From Coprobacillaceae bacterium (GTDB taxonomy: Bacteria > Bacillota_I > Bacilli_A > Erysipelotrichales > Coprobacillaceae), in the NCBI GenBank assembly GCA_963675915.1, contig OY780959.1, forward strand, positions 1,620,001 through 1,652,000: 32,000 nt of DNA, in the 5' to 3' direction. Below are positions 1-8,983 of the stretch, in pieces. The notes under the pieces were generated by a model. It made no database searches and was not told where the DNA came from. It was given only the letters and a program-made list of their open reading frames with translations. Each line of letters begins with the position of its first letter. The stretch's first letter is position 1. A program made the translations under genes and the position numbers.

Positions 1-379
1 TAGTAAAATTCCATTTGATTTTTTTCCCGAGCACCCCTTTTTTCTGGTTCTTGAGATAGGTGTATAACGGATCTTCATTGTCCCCGTTGACATCAATTTT
101 GGCAAACTGTTCAAAAGTGATTCCAAAACGGGTTGAACAGAATTGGGCGATTTCCTCATTGGTCCCCGGTGCCTGATGACCGAACTGATTACAAGGAAAA
201 TCCAAAATTTCCAAACCCTGATGATGATATTTTTCATACAATTTCTGCAATGGATGGTATTGGAGAGTGAAGCCACAGGCAGTAGCCGTATTAACGATAA
301 TCAGTACTTTGCCCTTGTAATCGCCAAGGGACATCGTGGTTCCATCCATTCTTTTAACACTAAAATCATAGATATTCAT
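1..379 (-). CDS. gpx: Glutathione peroxidase (Cys-type); C-terminus cut by window edge
   Basis: Minus-strand frame open to position 1, so it is absent from the ORF track. ATG at 377-379 follows a GGAGG RBS (complement of 385-389). Translation MNIYDFSVKRMDGTTMSLGDYKGKVLIIVNTATACGFT...LDFPCNQFGHQ...KIKWNFT carries the GPx signature blocks. Confidence 0.9.
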   Translation of the reverse strand, partial: MNIYDFSVKRMDGTTMSLGDYKGKVLIIVNTATACGFTLQYHPLQKLYEKYHHQGLEILDFPCNQFGHQAPGTNEEIAQFCSTRFGITFEQFAKIDVNGDNEDPLYTYLKNQKKGVLGKKIKWNFT

Positions 380-803
380 AATAACCTCCATATGTACAAA
401 TAAAATATACTCTTATATATTATATTCTAAAACTCATGAAGCAATTAATCAAATAAATAACTCATTTAATCTAAAAAAGACAATTATATCAACTGTCCTT
501 TGGTACTGTTAGATGTTCCAAAACGGAAAATCACTTCTTAATTGATTACCATTCCTTATCACTGCATTCAATATTTATTAGTTGAAAAATAATAAGATTT
601 CATGGAAATTGACAATAATCAAAGCGAGGACCGCTCCAAACATCACACAAAACGCGTTCAAGGTTATCTGCACCACTGCATCTTCAACATTCATATTATT
701 TTGAATTAACTCTGACTAGAAAATCATATAGTTTATTATCACATTCAGAGAGCACCCTCCTAATGATAAAATTATATCACAAAATCAGTTTATTTTCCCC
801 TTG

Positions 804-830
804 AACAAAAAAACAACCCTTCCGGGTTGT
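804..830 (-). terminator. Rho-independent terminator after tRNA-Arg
   Basis: Minus-strand hairpin ACAACCC-GGAA-GGGTTGT (813-830) followed by a T7 run (complement of 806-812). Confidence 0.75.
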
Positions 831-841
831 TAGTATTCAAA

Positions 842-918
842 TGGCGTCCACTAAGGGATTCGAACCCCTGACCGCACGCTTAGAAGGCGTGTGCTCTATC
901 CAGCTGAGCTAAGTAGAC
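842..918 (-). tRNA. tRNA-Arg (anticodon UCU)
   Basis: Reverse complement GTCTACTTAGCTCAGCTGGATAGAGCACACGCCTTCTAAGCGTGCGGTCAGGGGTTCGAATCCCTTAGTGGACGCCA folds as a cloverleaf. Anticodon stem is CACGC/GCGTG, loop CTTCTAA; it has a GTTCGAATC T-loop and an encoded CCA. Confidence 0.93.
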
Positions 919-936
919 ATTTTCGACTGCCATGAA

Positions 937-965
937 ATAATAACATACTTGGCAGTCAGTATCAA
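937..965 (-). promoter_or_regulatory. Sigma-A-type promoter for tRNA-Arg
   Basis: On the minus strand: TTGATA (complement 960-965), 17-nt spacer, TGT-extended TATTAT (complement 937-942), just upstream of the tRNA 5' end. An 8-bp inverted repeat gactgcca/tggcagtc (924-931 / 950-957) brackets the -10. Confidence 0.55.
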
Positions 966-985
966 GCCTTTTTTTGATTTTTTTT

Positions 986-1014
986 AGAAAAATAAAACCC
1001 CGGAAAATCCGAGG
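986..1014 (-). terminator. Terminator of the murI-phosphoesterase operon
   Basis: Minus-strand hairpin CCTCGG-ATTTT-CCGGGG (one G-U pair) followed by TTTTATTTTT, 2 nt after the stop at 1016. Confidence 0.5.
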
Positions 1015-1015
1015 T

Positions 1016-1480
1016 CTAAACTAGCTCGATCAGCTCATAGTCGATCTTTCCCGATTCGACATACAGAACCATATAACTCTTGTTCGAGCCGCCTCGAGGC
1101 AGTCTCGATGAACCCGGATTGATCAGGGTGAAACCATCGACTTCCTTGAATTGGGGCACATGAGTATGACCGGAAAGCAAAACATCGCAGTTGGAATACT
1201 TCAAATCTTCAACCATCTGTCTATCGCGATCGAAATAACCGTAACGGTCCCCGTGAGTAACCAGGAAAGCGACTCCTTCACAGTCAAACTTCTCAGCTAC
1301 CGGAAAATTACTGGTCCAGTCGTTGTTGCCGGACACTGCAATAAATCCTTCCAGATCATCTTCGGTTCCTTCGCTATCACCGCAATGAACAAATATATCG
1401 GCATCTTCATTCTGTTCCTTGATCAGATCAACTGAAAGGGAAGCGCCGTGATTATCAGATACAACTACAATTTTTTTCAA
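1016..1480 (-). CDS. ysnB: YfcE/YsnB (MJ0936) family metallophosphoesterase
   Basis: 154 aa with all five intact metallophosphoesterase motifs: VVSDNHG, HCGDS, SGNND, THGD, SGHTH. It lies directly downstream of murI, as in Bacillus. Confidence 0.85.
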   Translation of the reverse strand: MKKIVVVSDNHGASLSVDLIKEQNEDADIFVHCGDSEGTEDDLEGFIAVSGNNDWTSNFPVAEKFDCEGVAFLVTHGDRYGYFDRDRQMVEDLKYSNCDVLLSGHTHVPQFKEVDGFTLINPGSSRLPRGGSNKSYMVLYVESGKIDYELIELV

Positions 1481-1482
1481 CT

Positions 1483-2268
1483 TTAATCTCCTAAATTCAA
1501 ATATTTTACTTCGATATCACCATAGTCAAAGAATCCCTGTGATGAAAATACAAATTCTTCGACATCACCGGTAGTGTTAATTTCAACGTTGCCACCACTG
1601 CTGTTAAGCAAATCGTTATGCTCGAGGTACTTTTCAACTTCATAACAAATGGCGTGTGACGATGAAATGCATTTGACATTGGGCATGACCGTTTCAATCT
1701 GACCAGTCAAAATCGGATAATGGGTGCACCCCAAGATGATGCTTTCCACTTTGCCTTTGTATTCATCCAGGTATTCATGGAGAGTATCAAAGATTCCATT
1801 TTTATAAATTCCTGATTCCACCAGGGGAACCAGAGCTGGAGTCGCTTTGGCAAATATTTTTATATTTCGGTTCAACTTTAGAATTTCATCACTGTATTTG
1901 TGAGATTTTATTGTCGCTTCAGTGGCAATGATCAAAGTGCTGGTGAAGCCCTGACTGATAAAATCACTGACAGTGGCATCGATAACCCCGATGATTTTGA
2001 CATCAGGATAGTTTTCCTGCAGTTGGTCTAGCACGTTTGCACTTGTGGTGTTGCAGGCCAAAACAATCAGCTTGACATTTCGCGAAATGAAATACTCCAC
2101 AATTTTCGAGGCGTAACCGTACAACTGGTCAACTGTCTTGTTTCCATAAGGACAATTATAGTTGTCGCCTATGTAAATGATATCTTCATTTTTCAATATA
2201 TTTTTCAAAGTCTTAATTACTGTAAGTCCACCGACCCCAGAATCAAATACACCTATTGGTCTTTTCAT
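1483..2268 (-). CDS. murI: Glutamate racemase
   Basis: Motifs IGVFDSGVGGLTV, VLACNTTS and ILGCTHYP. I prefer the ATG at 2266-2268 (MKRPIGVF...) with AGAGG 6 nt upstream over the GTG at 2286 used by the ORF track. Confidence 0.93.
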   Translation of the reverse strand: MKRPIGVFDSGVGGLTVIKTLKNILKNEDIIYIGDNYNCPYGNKTVDQLYGYASKIVEYFISRNVKLIVLACNTTSANVLDQLQENYPDVKIIGVIDATVSDFISQGFTSTLIIATEATIKSHKYSDEILKLNRNIKIFAKATPALVPLVESGIYKNGIFDTLHEYLDEYKGKVESIILGCTHYPILTGQIETVMPNVKCISSSHAICYEVEKYLEHNDLLNSSGGNVEINTTGDVEEFVFSSQGFFDYGDIEVKYLNLGD

Positions 2269-2330
2269 AATTACCTCTGTATTCACAATTTGTTTTTTAA
2301 TTATAGCGCAGTTTAAAACAAATTACTATA

Positions 2331-4094
2331 TCAAAGTGTCTTTAAATAGTCATGCAATTTCGCCGCAGTATTCTTGGGCAACACCTTGCTCAAATCTTCA
2401 ATTGAAGCGTTTTTCAAATTCTTAAGCGATTTGAATTCCCGCATTAGCATTTGACGCCGCTTCGGTCCTATTCCTTCAACATCATCAAGAATTGACTTGG
2501 TTGCCGCTTTGGAACGGACATTACGATGAAACGAAATGGCATAGCGATGGACCTCGTCCTGCATTCTGGTCAACAGAAAAAACAGAGGGCTTCTTTTATT
2601 TATCTTGATCTCTTCACCGTTGCTATCAAGCAACATGGCCGTATTGTGATTATCATCTTTGGCCAAGCCACAAACTCTGATATCGAGATTGAGGCTATTG
2701 ATAACTTCCAAGGCGGCCTTGATTTGGCCTTTGCCTCCATCGACAATGATCAGTTCGGGACGGTCAAGTTTATCAATCAAAACCCGGAAATAACGGCGAT
2801 AAACAACTTCCCGCATACTGGCGTAATCATCAGGACCTTCGACAGTTTTGATCTTGAATTTACGGTATTCTTTTTTGGCCGGTTCGCCATCGATAAAGCA
2901 GACCATCCCAGCCACCGCATAACTTCCTTGGATATTGGAGTTGTCGAATAATTCCACCCGGCGCAGATCTTTGATTCCCAGCAAATGGCCAAGTTCAGCC
3001 ATCGCTCCAACTGTCGCCCGCTCATTTTTGGCCATCAGCAAGAACTTCTTTTCAAGCTGTTCTTTGGCGTTGGTAGTCGCCATCTTGACCAGGTCGGCCT
3101 TTTTCCCGATTTGGGGTACGACAACCTTGGCATCGATAACTTCAGCCAGAGTCCCCATATCCAAATCCTGAGGAACAAGCAATTCTCTTGGAATGGTGTT
3201 GGTCTGGTAGAAGGTCGCCAGATAAGTCAGAATCTGGTCATTGACATCATCTTCAACCGGCACTAGCGAGAAATCACGAGAGAGCAGATGACCGTTACGC
3301 ATGAAGAAAAGCTGGAGACTCAAATATCCGTTATCGACATGGTATCCGATAATATCGCGATCAACCAGATCGTTGAACGTGACATGCTGCTTGTCGGTCA
3401 CATGGTTGATATTTTGAATCAGATCCCGGATTTCCTTCGCTTTTTCAAACTGGAGATCTTCGCTCGCTTCGAGCATCTGAACCTTGAGGTTCGCAATAAC
3501 TTCCCGGGTATCCCCATTGACAAACTTGGCGATATCCTTGGATATTTTCTTGTATTCTTCCTCACCGACCGCATTGATACACGGGCCCATACATTGGCCC
3601 AGTGAATAATATAGGCAGGGCTTTTTGGGAATATTGCGGCATTTGCGCAATTTGAACAACCGATCGAGCAGTTTTAGTGTTTCCCGGGCCGCTGTTGCAT
3701 TGGGAAACGGCCCGAAATGGCGATGTTTCTTGCTGGCGGCATTGCGGACAATCTTAAGCCGGGGATGACGTTCCCTGGTCAATTGGATATAAGGATAGTA
3801 AGAACTGTCCTTGAGGGCTATATTGTACTTGGGATCATAATCCTTGATCAGATTGATCTCAAGCAGTAAGGCTTCTTTTTCACTGTCAGTGACAATGTAA
3901 TCAAAATCAACGATTTCGCTGACCAGCTTGGTTGTTTTATAATTATGGGTTCCGCTGAAATACGAATTGACCCGATTCTTGAGTGACTTCGCCTTTCCGA
4001 CATAGATAATGGTCCCATTGGTATCTTTCATCAAATAGCAGCCCGGTTTTTGGGGCAGCAGCGAAAGCTTGTCTTTGATATATTTGGTCGCCAT
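2331..4094 (-). CDS. uvrC: Excinuclease ABC subunit C
   Basis: 587 aa. N-terminal GIY-YIG domain (PGCYLMKD...IIYVGKAKSLKNRV), UVR domain, C-terminal endonuclease and HhH. The start overlaps the mutS2 stop (TAATG). Confidence 0.95.
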   Translation of the reverse strand: MATKYIKDKLSLLPQKPGCYLMKDTNGTIIYVGKAKSLKNRVNSYFSGTHNYKTTKLVSEIVDFDYIVTDSEKEALLLEINLIKDYDPKYNIALKDSSYYPYIQLTRERHPRLKIVRNAASKKHRHFGPFPNATAARETLKLLDRLFKLRKCRNIPKKPCLYYSLGQCMGPCINAVGEEEYKKISKDIAKFVNGDTREVIANLKVQMLEASEDLQFEKAKEIRDLIQNINHVTDKQHVTFNDLVDRDIIGYHVDNGYLSLQLFFMRNGHLLSRDFSLVPVEDDVNDQILTYLATFYQTNTIPRELLVPQDLDMGTLAEVIDAKVVVPQIGKKADLVKMATTNAKEQLEKKFLLMAKNERATVGAMAELGHLLGIKDLRRVELFDNSNIQGSYAVAGMVCFIDGEPAKKEYRKFKIKTVEGPDDYASMREVVYRRYFRVLIDKLDRPELIIVDGGKGQIKAALEVINSLNLDIRVCGLAKDDNHNTAMLLDSNGEEIKINKRSPLFFLLTRMQDEVHRYAISFHRNVRSKAATKSILDDVEGIGPKRRQMLMREFKSLKNLKNASIEDLSKVLPKNTAAKLHDYLKTL

Positions 4095-6397
4095 TAGTCG
4101 AAGTAAACCAGGGTCGCCCCCAGTCCTCCTTCATTAGGACCGCCATCCCGGAAACTCTTGACGAATTTCTTCTTCTTTAGCATTTCATGAACCCCTTTGC
4201 GAAGAACCCCGCTTCCAACTCCATGGACAATCCGACAAACTGAATAATTGTTAACCAGGGCGGTATCCAAAAACTTGTCGACTTCCTCCATCGCTTCAAC
4301 ATATCGCTTCCCGATGATATTGAGCTCGTAAGTCATGGTTGACTGGGTCTTAACTGATTTCCCGCCGCTTTTGACAATTTTTTTCTTGAATGGAGCGTGT
4401 TTGAAGATAACTTCACTTGGCTGGGCGTTAAGTTTGAGTCCTCCCATTGATATGGTCAAATTTCCTTTTTTATTGATAGCGATGACTTCGCCTTCGCGAT
4501 TAACCGATTTTACCAGCACCACATCACCGATGACATACTGGTGATCGCTGATGTGGTCATCTTTGATTTCCTTTTGATGTTTCAAGACATCAAGAGTTCG
4601 TTTGGCTTCAATTACATGATGCGGTTTAAGGGTAGCCTTAGCTTCAAGGTCCTTGACAACTTCCTGAACCTGGCTCTTGGCCTCTTCAAGAATCTTGTTG
4701 GCTTCCTCTTTGGCTTCTTCCACCATGGCATCACGCTGCTTTTGCAGTTTCTCCAATTTCTTGGTCAGGTCATTTTCTTTTTGTTCAGCCTGTTTTCGCA
4801 AAGTTTCAATCTCATCCTTGTTCTTTTGAACTTCGGTGATTTCAGCCTCCAGTTTTTCAAGCAGTCTTTCATTTTCAGTCAGGTTGGTTTCCTTGATCAG
4901 ACGTGATTTTGCCACGATGTCCGGATTCAAGCCCAGACGTTTTGATATTTCGATGGCATATGAATTCCCGGTATTGCCCATTAAGAGGCGATAGGTCGGT
5001 TTCAGTTCTTCCTGATCGAATTCAACTGATGCCACTTGAATATAATCACTGTTTTTGGCATATTCCTTAAGTTTGGAATAATGGGTCGAGGCAATCACCA
5101 GACAGTCAATATCATGAAGATATTCAAGTATTGCCTGGGCAATAGCCTGCCCTTCCTGCGGATCGGTTCCGCTTCCGATTTCATCGAGCAACACCAATGA
5201 ATGGCTGGTTGCCCGATTGGTGATATCGGTCAGTCTGGTCATGTGAGATGAGAAAGTTGAAAGTGACTGTTCGATTGACTGTTCATCCCCGAGATCGACA
5301 AAAATGTTGTCGAAATAAGGAACTGTCGCTTCACTGGCACTTACCGGCAAACCGGCCAGGGCCATGGTTGAAAGCAGTCCGGCTGTTTTAAGAATTACCG
5401 ATTTCCCACCGGTATTCGATCCGGAAATCAACAAGGTATGATATTCTTCACTCAAGACAATGTTGTTGGGTACCACTTCATCCTGATCAATCAAAGGATG
5501 ACGGGCTTTGATCATTTTGAATTCACTGAAGTCATCAACGATACTAGGAATTGTCCCGTTAACCGCCAGTCCGTAATTGTTCTTGGCATTCAATATTTCA
5601 ATCTCGATCAACGCTGTCTGATTATATTTGAGAATATCGAGATAGGTATTGACCTCATTGGACAAGGCCTGAAGAATTCGTTGAATTTCCACCTTTTCCG
5701 CCTCTTTGGCAGTTGTTATCTGATTGGAAATAGCCACAATCGCACTTGGCTCGATATATACTGTCTGGCCCGAACCGCTGACAGCGTGGACAATCCCGGA
5801 GATGGTGTTTTTATAACTGGCTTTTACCGGCAAAACCAAATGGTCGTTCCTTGACGAAAAAGTCTCCTGAGACAGGAAATCCTTATACTGATTTTTAAGT
5901 CCTGAGATCTTTGAACGCATGCTTCCTTCAAGAGAAGTTATCTCATTGCGGATTCGCCGTAAATCGCGTGAAGCCCCATCAAGGACGCTCCCATCACTGT
6001 CAATACATCTGATGATGCTTTGAACCAGGGCATGGGGATAGACAAGACTGTCGAACAGATCCTGCAATACTCCTAATTCACTGACATCATCAAGATATTT
6101 TTCAATTGCTTCGACATTGGTCAGCTGCCCGAGAATATCAAGAAACTCCAGCCCGATCAAGGTTCCACCCTTTTCAACTTTCTGAAGGATTTCGGTGATA
6201 TCCACATAGTAGGCCACTGGTACTTGACCATATTTCAAAATCAGATCCATCATCTGAAGATTGTTATTGTGAATTTCATTCAACTCATACAAATCGAAAT
6301 CAGGGGCCAGATTATCAAAATATTGTTTTGCCATTATCGATCTGGCATATCCTTTTATTTGATTTAATACAATATCAAATTCTAATGTTTTATCCAT
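4094..6397 (-). CDS. mutS2: Endonuclease MutS2
   Basis: 767 aa. Walker A GSNTGGKS, MutS domain V (STFSSHM, LLDEIGSGTDP), coiled-coil linker and a C-terminal Smr domain (HGVGSGVLR). Confidence 0.95.
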   Translation of the reverse strand: MDKTLEFDIVLNQIKGYARSIMAKQYFDNLAPDFDLYELNEIHNNNLQMMDLILKYGQVPVAYYVDITEILQKVEKGGTLIGLEFLDILGQLTNVEAIEKYLDDVSELGVLQDLFDSLVYPHALVQSIIRCIDSDGSVLDGASRDLRRIRNEITSLEGSMRSKISGLKNQYKDFLSQETFSSRNDHLVLPVKASYKNTISGIVHAVSGSGQTVYIEPSAIVAISNQITTAKEAEKVEIQRILQALSNEVNTYLDILKYNQTALIEIEILNAKNNYGLAVNGTIPSIVDDFSEFKMIKARHPLIDQDEVVPNNIVLSEEYHTLLISGSNTGGKSVILKTAGLLSTMALAGLPVSASEATVPYFDNIFVDLGDEQSIEQSLSTFSSHMTRLTDITNRATSHSLVLLDEIGSGTDPQEGQAIAQAILEYLHDIDCLVIASTHYSKLKEYAKNSDYIQVASVEFDQEELKPTYRLLMGNTGNSYAIEISKRLGLNPDIVAKSRLIKETNLTENERLLEKLEAEITEVQKNKDEIETLRKQAEQKENDLTKKLEKLQKQRDAMVEEAKEEANKILEEAKSQVQEVVKDLEAKATLKPHHVIEAKRTLDVLKHQKEIKDDHISDHQYVIGDVVLVKSVNREGEVIAINKKGNLTISMGGLKLNAQPSEVIFKHAPFKKKIVKSGGKSVKTQSTMTYELNIIGKRYVEAMEEVDKFLDTALVNNYSVCRIVHGVGSGVLRKGVHEMLKKKKFVKSFRDGGPNEGGLGATLVYFD

Positions 6398-7178
6398 TAA
6401 TTACCTCTATCTTATCCAAGATACTGCTTTTGTCGATCCCGTCAAGACGATCAAGAAGTTTTTCAACTTCATTGTATTCAGCCTCGTTCATTTCAACAGT
6501 GCCATCCATTTTGCTAACCTGAAGCAGATATGGAACAGCCTTGTCCTCGAATAGTTCCTGGGAAATAAAATCATGATCCAGGGCCGTATTCAGGGCCAAA
6601 GCAGTATAATAGATACTATTTTTATCAACACCATCACTGGCGTAACTTTCAATATTATCCAACAGATTCAATGACTCGATATAGTTGGTCACCTGACTAG
6701 CATAATCAGGCGCCAAAGATACAATTGTTTTGGCAACAGTCGTATTTTCGATTTCCACATCTGTCTGGGTCGCCACGAAAGCAACCAATAATACATATAC
6801 AATAAGCAAACTTTCAAACACTGAGATTATTACTCCCAAAAAGCTGTTCAGCCCGCTGACAATCGGCAGTTTGGAAACTTTTTTAAGCATCGGACGAATC
6901 AGGATGGAAACGAAAGCCAGCACAATTCTGACAATTCCCAGCAAGAGCAAAAAGGCGATGATCCGATTCATCAGCATACTCATAAACAAAAAAGATTCCG
7001 CCATCGGAGCCGTAAACATCAAACTGATTGGTCCCGACAGATAATACGCGATCGCAATCGTTAAAACCGTGATAAACAGGTCATAAACCCGTAATATAAA
7101 CCCTCTAAAATAACCTACTATAGCAAATACTACGATAAATCCAATAATTATAAGATCGATATTTGAATTTGTAAGCAT
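6390..7178 (-). CDS. cvpA: CvpA-family membrane protein with C-terminal soluble extension
   Basis: 262 aa. The N-terminal multi-TM region resembles CvpA (IDLIIIGFIVVFAIVGYFRGF...). Synteny cvpA-mutS2 divergent from rnhC matches Bacillus yshB-mutSB/rnhC. 8-nt overlap with the mutS2 start. Confidence 0.75.
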   Translation of the reverse strand: MLTNSNIDLIIIGFIVVFAIVGYFRGFILRVYDLFITVLTIAIAYYLSGPISLMFTAPMAESFLFMSMLMNRIIAFLLLLGIVRIVLAFVSILIRPMLKKVSKLPIVSGLNSFLGVIISVFESLLIVYVLLVAFVATQTDVEIENTTVAKTIVSLAPDYASQVTNYIESLNLLDNIESYASDGVDKNSIYYTALALNTALDHDFISQELFEDKAVPYLLQVSKMDGTVEMNEAEYNEVEKLLDRLDGIDKSSILDKIEVING

Positions 7179-7277
7179 AAAATTTCTCCTTTTAAAGCCA
7201 ACCCTAATTAAGTTCAGTTCGCTATTATCAAATTATTTTAACAAATTAATATTATCCTGTCAAAAAAATTGAATTCA

Positions 7278-7286
7278 TGTTATAAT
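7278..7286 (+). promoter_or_regulatory. Extended -10 promoter element upstream of the RNase HIII-like gene
   Basis: TGTTATAAT (TGnTATAAT consensus) 24 nt upstream of the AGGAGG RBS. The -35 is weak (TGTCAA). Confidence 0.45.
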
Positions 7287-7309
7287 TTACATGATAGGAG
7301 GTATAGGTC

Positions 7310-8074
7310 TTGAACAATACAGTAGTCAAATCTAATGTCCATAGAATCATGCTGGCCCCTGAAACCCTAAGCGGCGGCAGTGATATTAGTAATTTCGATT
7401 ATGCGAAAAATTTCTTTGATGGTACTCATTTAGGAGTTGATGAGACCGGTTCCCAAGACTTTTTCGGACCGTTATGTGTGGTAGCGTGTTTCGTAGATGA
7501 AAAAGACTTTGACTGGTTGGTACAATTGGGAGTTAAGGATCCCAAAGAACTGACAAACAAAGAAGTTGTACAAATCGCCAAAGAAATCAAAGATCGGCTA
7601 GTATACAGTTTGCTGATTCTTGACAATTCCCATTATAACGAATTGGCAAGCGAAGGCAATAATCTAGCTAACATCAAAGCTAAGCTTTACAATCAAGCAG
7701 TTACAAATGTAATGCAAAAAGTGGGACTAGCCATAGCGGACAAGTACGCAGCACAATTCGTATCTCCAAAAACCTATTTCAATTATCTGAAAAACGAGGT
7801 GATTGTGGTTAAAGATTTGGAGTTCGTTCCCAAAGGTGAGGAAAACTATCTCGCAATTATGTGCAGTGCGATATTGTCACGATATGCATATCTGCAGTAT
7901 TTCCAGAATATGTCCAAAACACTGAAAATGAAATTACCCCGAGGAACAAACCCCTCAGTTGAATCGGTAGCCCTTGACGTTGCCAAAAAATACGGGAAGA
8001 AAATGTTGTTTAAAGTCACAAAAACCAATATGACTAACTACAAACGACTTAAAAACGCAATGGAAAAGGCTTAA
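7310..8074 (+). CDS. rnhC: RNase HIII-like ribonuclease (short, atypical)
   Basis: 254 aa. TTG start 8 nt after AGGAGG, with an in-frame stop immediately upstream. GVDETGSQDFFGPL, GVKDPK, QFVSPKTYFNYL and SAILSRYAYL align with RNase HIII blocks (GSDEVGTGDYFGP, GVKDSK, IDQFAEP..YF, ASIIARY). Confidence 0.75.
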   Translation: MNNTVVKSNVHRIMLAPETLSGGSDISNFDYAKNFFDGTHLGVDETGSQDFFGPLCVVACFVDEKDFDWLVQLGVKDPKELTNKEVVQIAKEIKDRLVYSLLILDNSHYNELASEGNNLANIKAKLYNQAVTNVMQKVGLAIADKYAAQFVSPKTYFNYLKNEVIVVKDLEFVPKGEENYLAIMCSAILSRYAYLQYFQNMSKTLKMKLPRGTNPSVESVALDVAKKYGKKMLFKVTKTNMTNYKRLKNAMEKA

Positions 8075-8087
8075 GAGCCTTTTTTTG
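8066..8087 (+). terminator. Weak terminator overlapping the rnhC stop
   Basis: AAGGCT-TAAG-AGCCTT followed by TTTTT. Confidence 0.4.
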
Positions 8088-8104
8088 CTTTATAGGAGGA
8101 AAAT

Positions 8105-8467
8105 ATGAAAAAACTATTAACAGCAATGCTGTCATTGGCGATTGTCGGCTGCAGCGCTACCCCTAGCGGTTCAATCGTCGATTATGACCAAGCTCTCGAT
8201 CTGATTGAAAACGAGCAAGCCATCATCATTGATGTGCGAACTCCAGAAGAATATGTCGAGAAACACGTTGCCGGGGCCTTAAACATCCCTCTTAGCGTAA
8301 TCGAAGAAGAAATCTCAAACCATGTTGCCACAAAAGACCAGACCATGGTGCTCTACTGTCGTTCGGGAAACCGTTCCAACCAGGCACGGGTAGCCCTTGA
8401 AGAAATCGGTTATACCAAAGTGTACGACCTCGGGGCAATCGGAAACTGGAAAGGTGAATTTGAATAG
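8105..8467 (+). CDS. Rhodanese-domain lipoprotein (sulfurtransferase)
   Basis: 120 aa. Signal peptide with lipobox LAIVGC. Rhodanese active-site loop YCRSGNRS. Confidence 0.85.
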   Translation: MKKLLTAMLSLAIVGCSATPSGSIVDYDQALDLIENEQAIIIDVRTPEEYVEKHVAGALNIPLSVIEEEISNHVATKDQTMVLYCRSGNRSNQARVALEEIGYTKVYDLGAIGNWKGEFE

Positions 8468-8471
8468 CAAT

Positions 8472-8495
8472 AAAGCTCTTTTACAAGAGCTTTTT
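8472..8495. terminator. Terminator between convergent rhodanese and comEB genes
   Basis: Perfect 9-bp stem AAAGCTCTT-TTAC-AAGAGCTTT with a T run on the plus strand and a weaker one on the minus strand. Confidence 0.75.
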
Positions 8496-8507
8496 GATTA
8501 TTATTTT

Positions 8508-8981
8508 TTAAAAATCTGTCTCCACCGAAAGTTCAACACGATTCACCTTGCGGTAGCTAACCCCAGCTCCATCAAGCATTTTCTTAGAAGCGTTGTCGCT
8601 AGGAGTCCCGGTATATTTGTCATCTTCGTAAACGATTTCCTTAATTCCAGCTTGAATGATTGCTTTGGCACACTCATGACATGGGAACAGGGAAACATAA
8701 ATCCGGCAGCCTTTCAATTCTTTGATGGCATTCAAAATCGCGTTCAATTCAGCATGAACCACATAGGCGTATTTGGTCTCATCAAGTTCACCCTCGCGCT
8801 GTTGCCAGGGAAAATCACTGTCTGCCAGTCCGATTGGCAACCCATTGTAACCAACCCCGACAATCTTGTTTTCCTGAGAAACGATGCAGGCCCCCACTTG
8901 AGTGTTGGGGTCTTTTGAACGCAAGCCCGACAGTTTGGCGACTGACATGAAATATTGGTCCCAACTGATTACTTTAGCCAC
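8508..8981 (-). CDS. comEB: dCMP deaminase (ComEB family)
   Basis: 157 aa. Zinc motifs HAELNAI and PCHECAKAI. Confidence 0.9.
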   Translation of the reverse strand: MAKVISWDQYFMSVAKLSGLRSKDPNTQVGACIVSQENKIVGVGYNGLPIGLADSDFPWQQREGELDETKYAYVVHAELNAILNAIKELKGCRIYVSLFPCHECAKAIIQAGIKEIVYEDDKYTGTPSDNASKKMLDGAGVSYRKVNRVELSVETDF

Positions 8982-8983
8982 CG

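Noticed and set aside
143-403. 86-aa plus-strand ORF at the window start
   Set aside because: It is antisense to the glutathione peroxidase gene, whose signature motifs are unambiguous on the minus strand.
2288-2325. 10-bp inverted repeat aatttgtttt / aaaacaaatt between uvrC and murI as a terminator
   Set aside because: The stem is all A-T with an 18-nt loop and no convincing T tract. It is more likely low-complexity spacer sequence.
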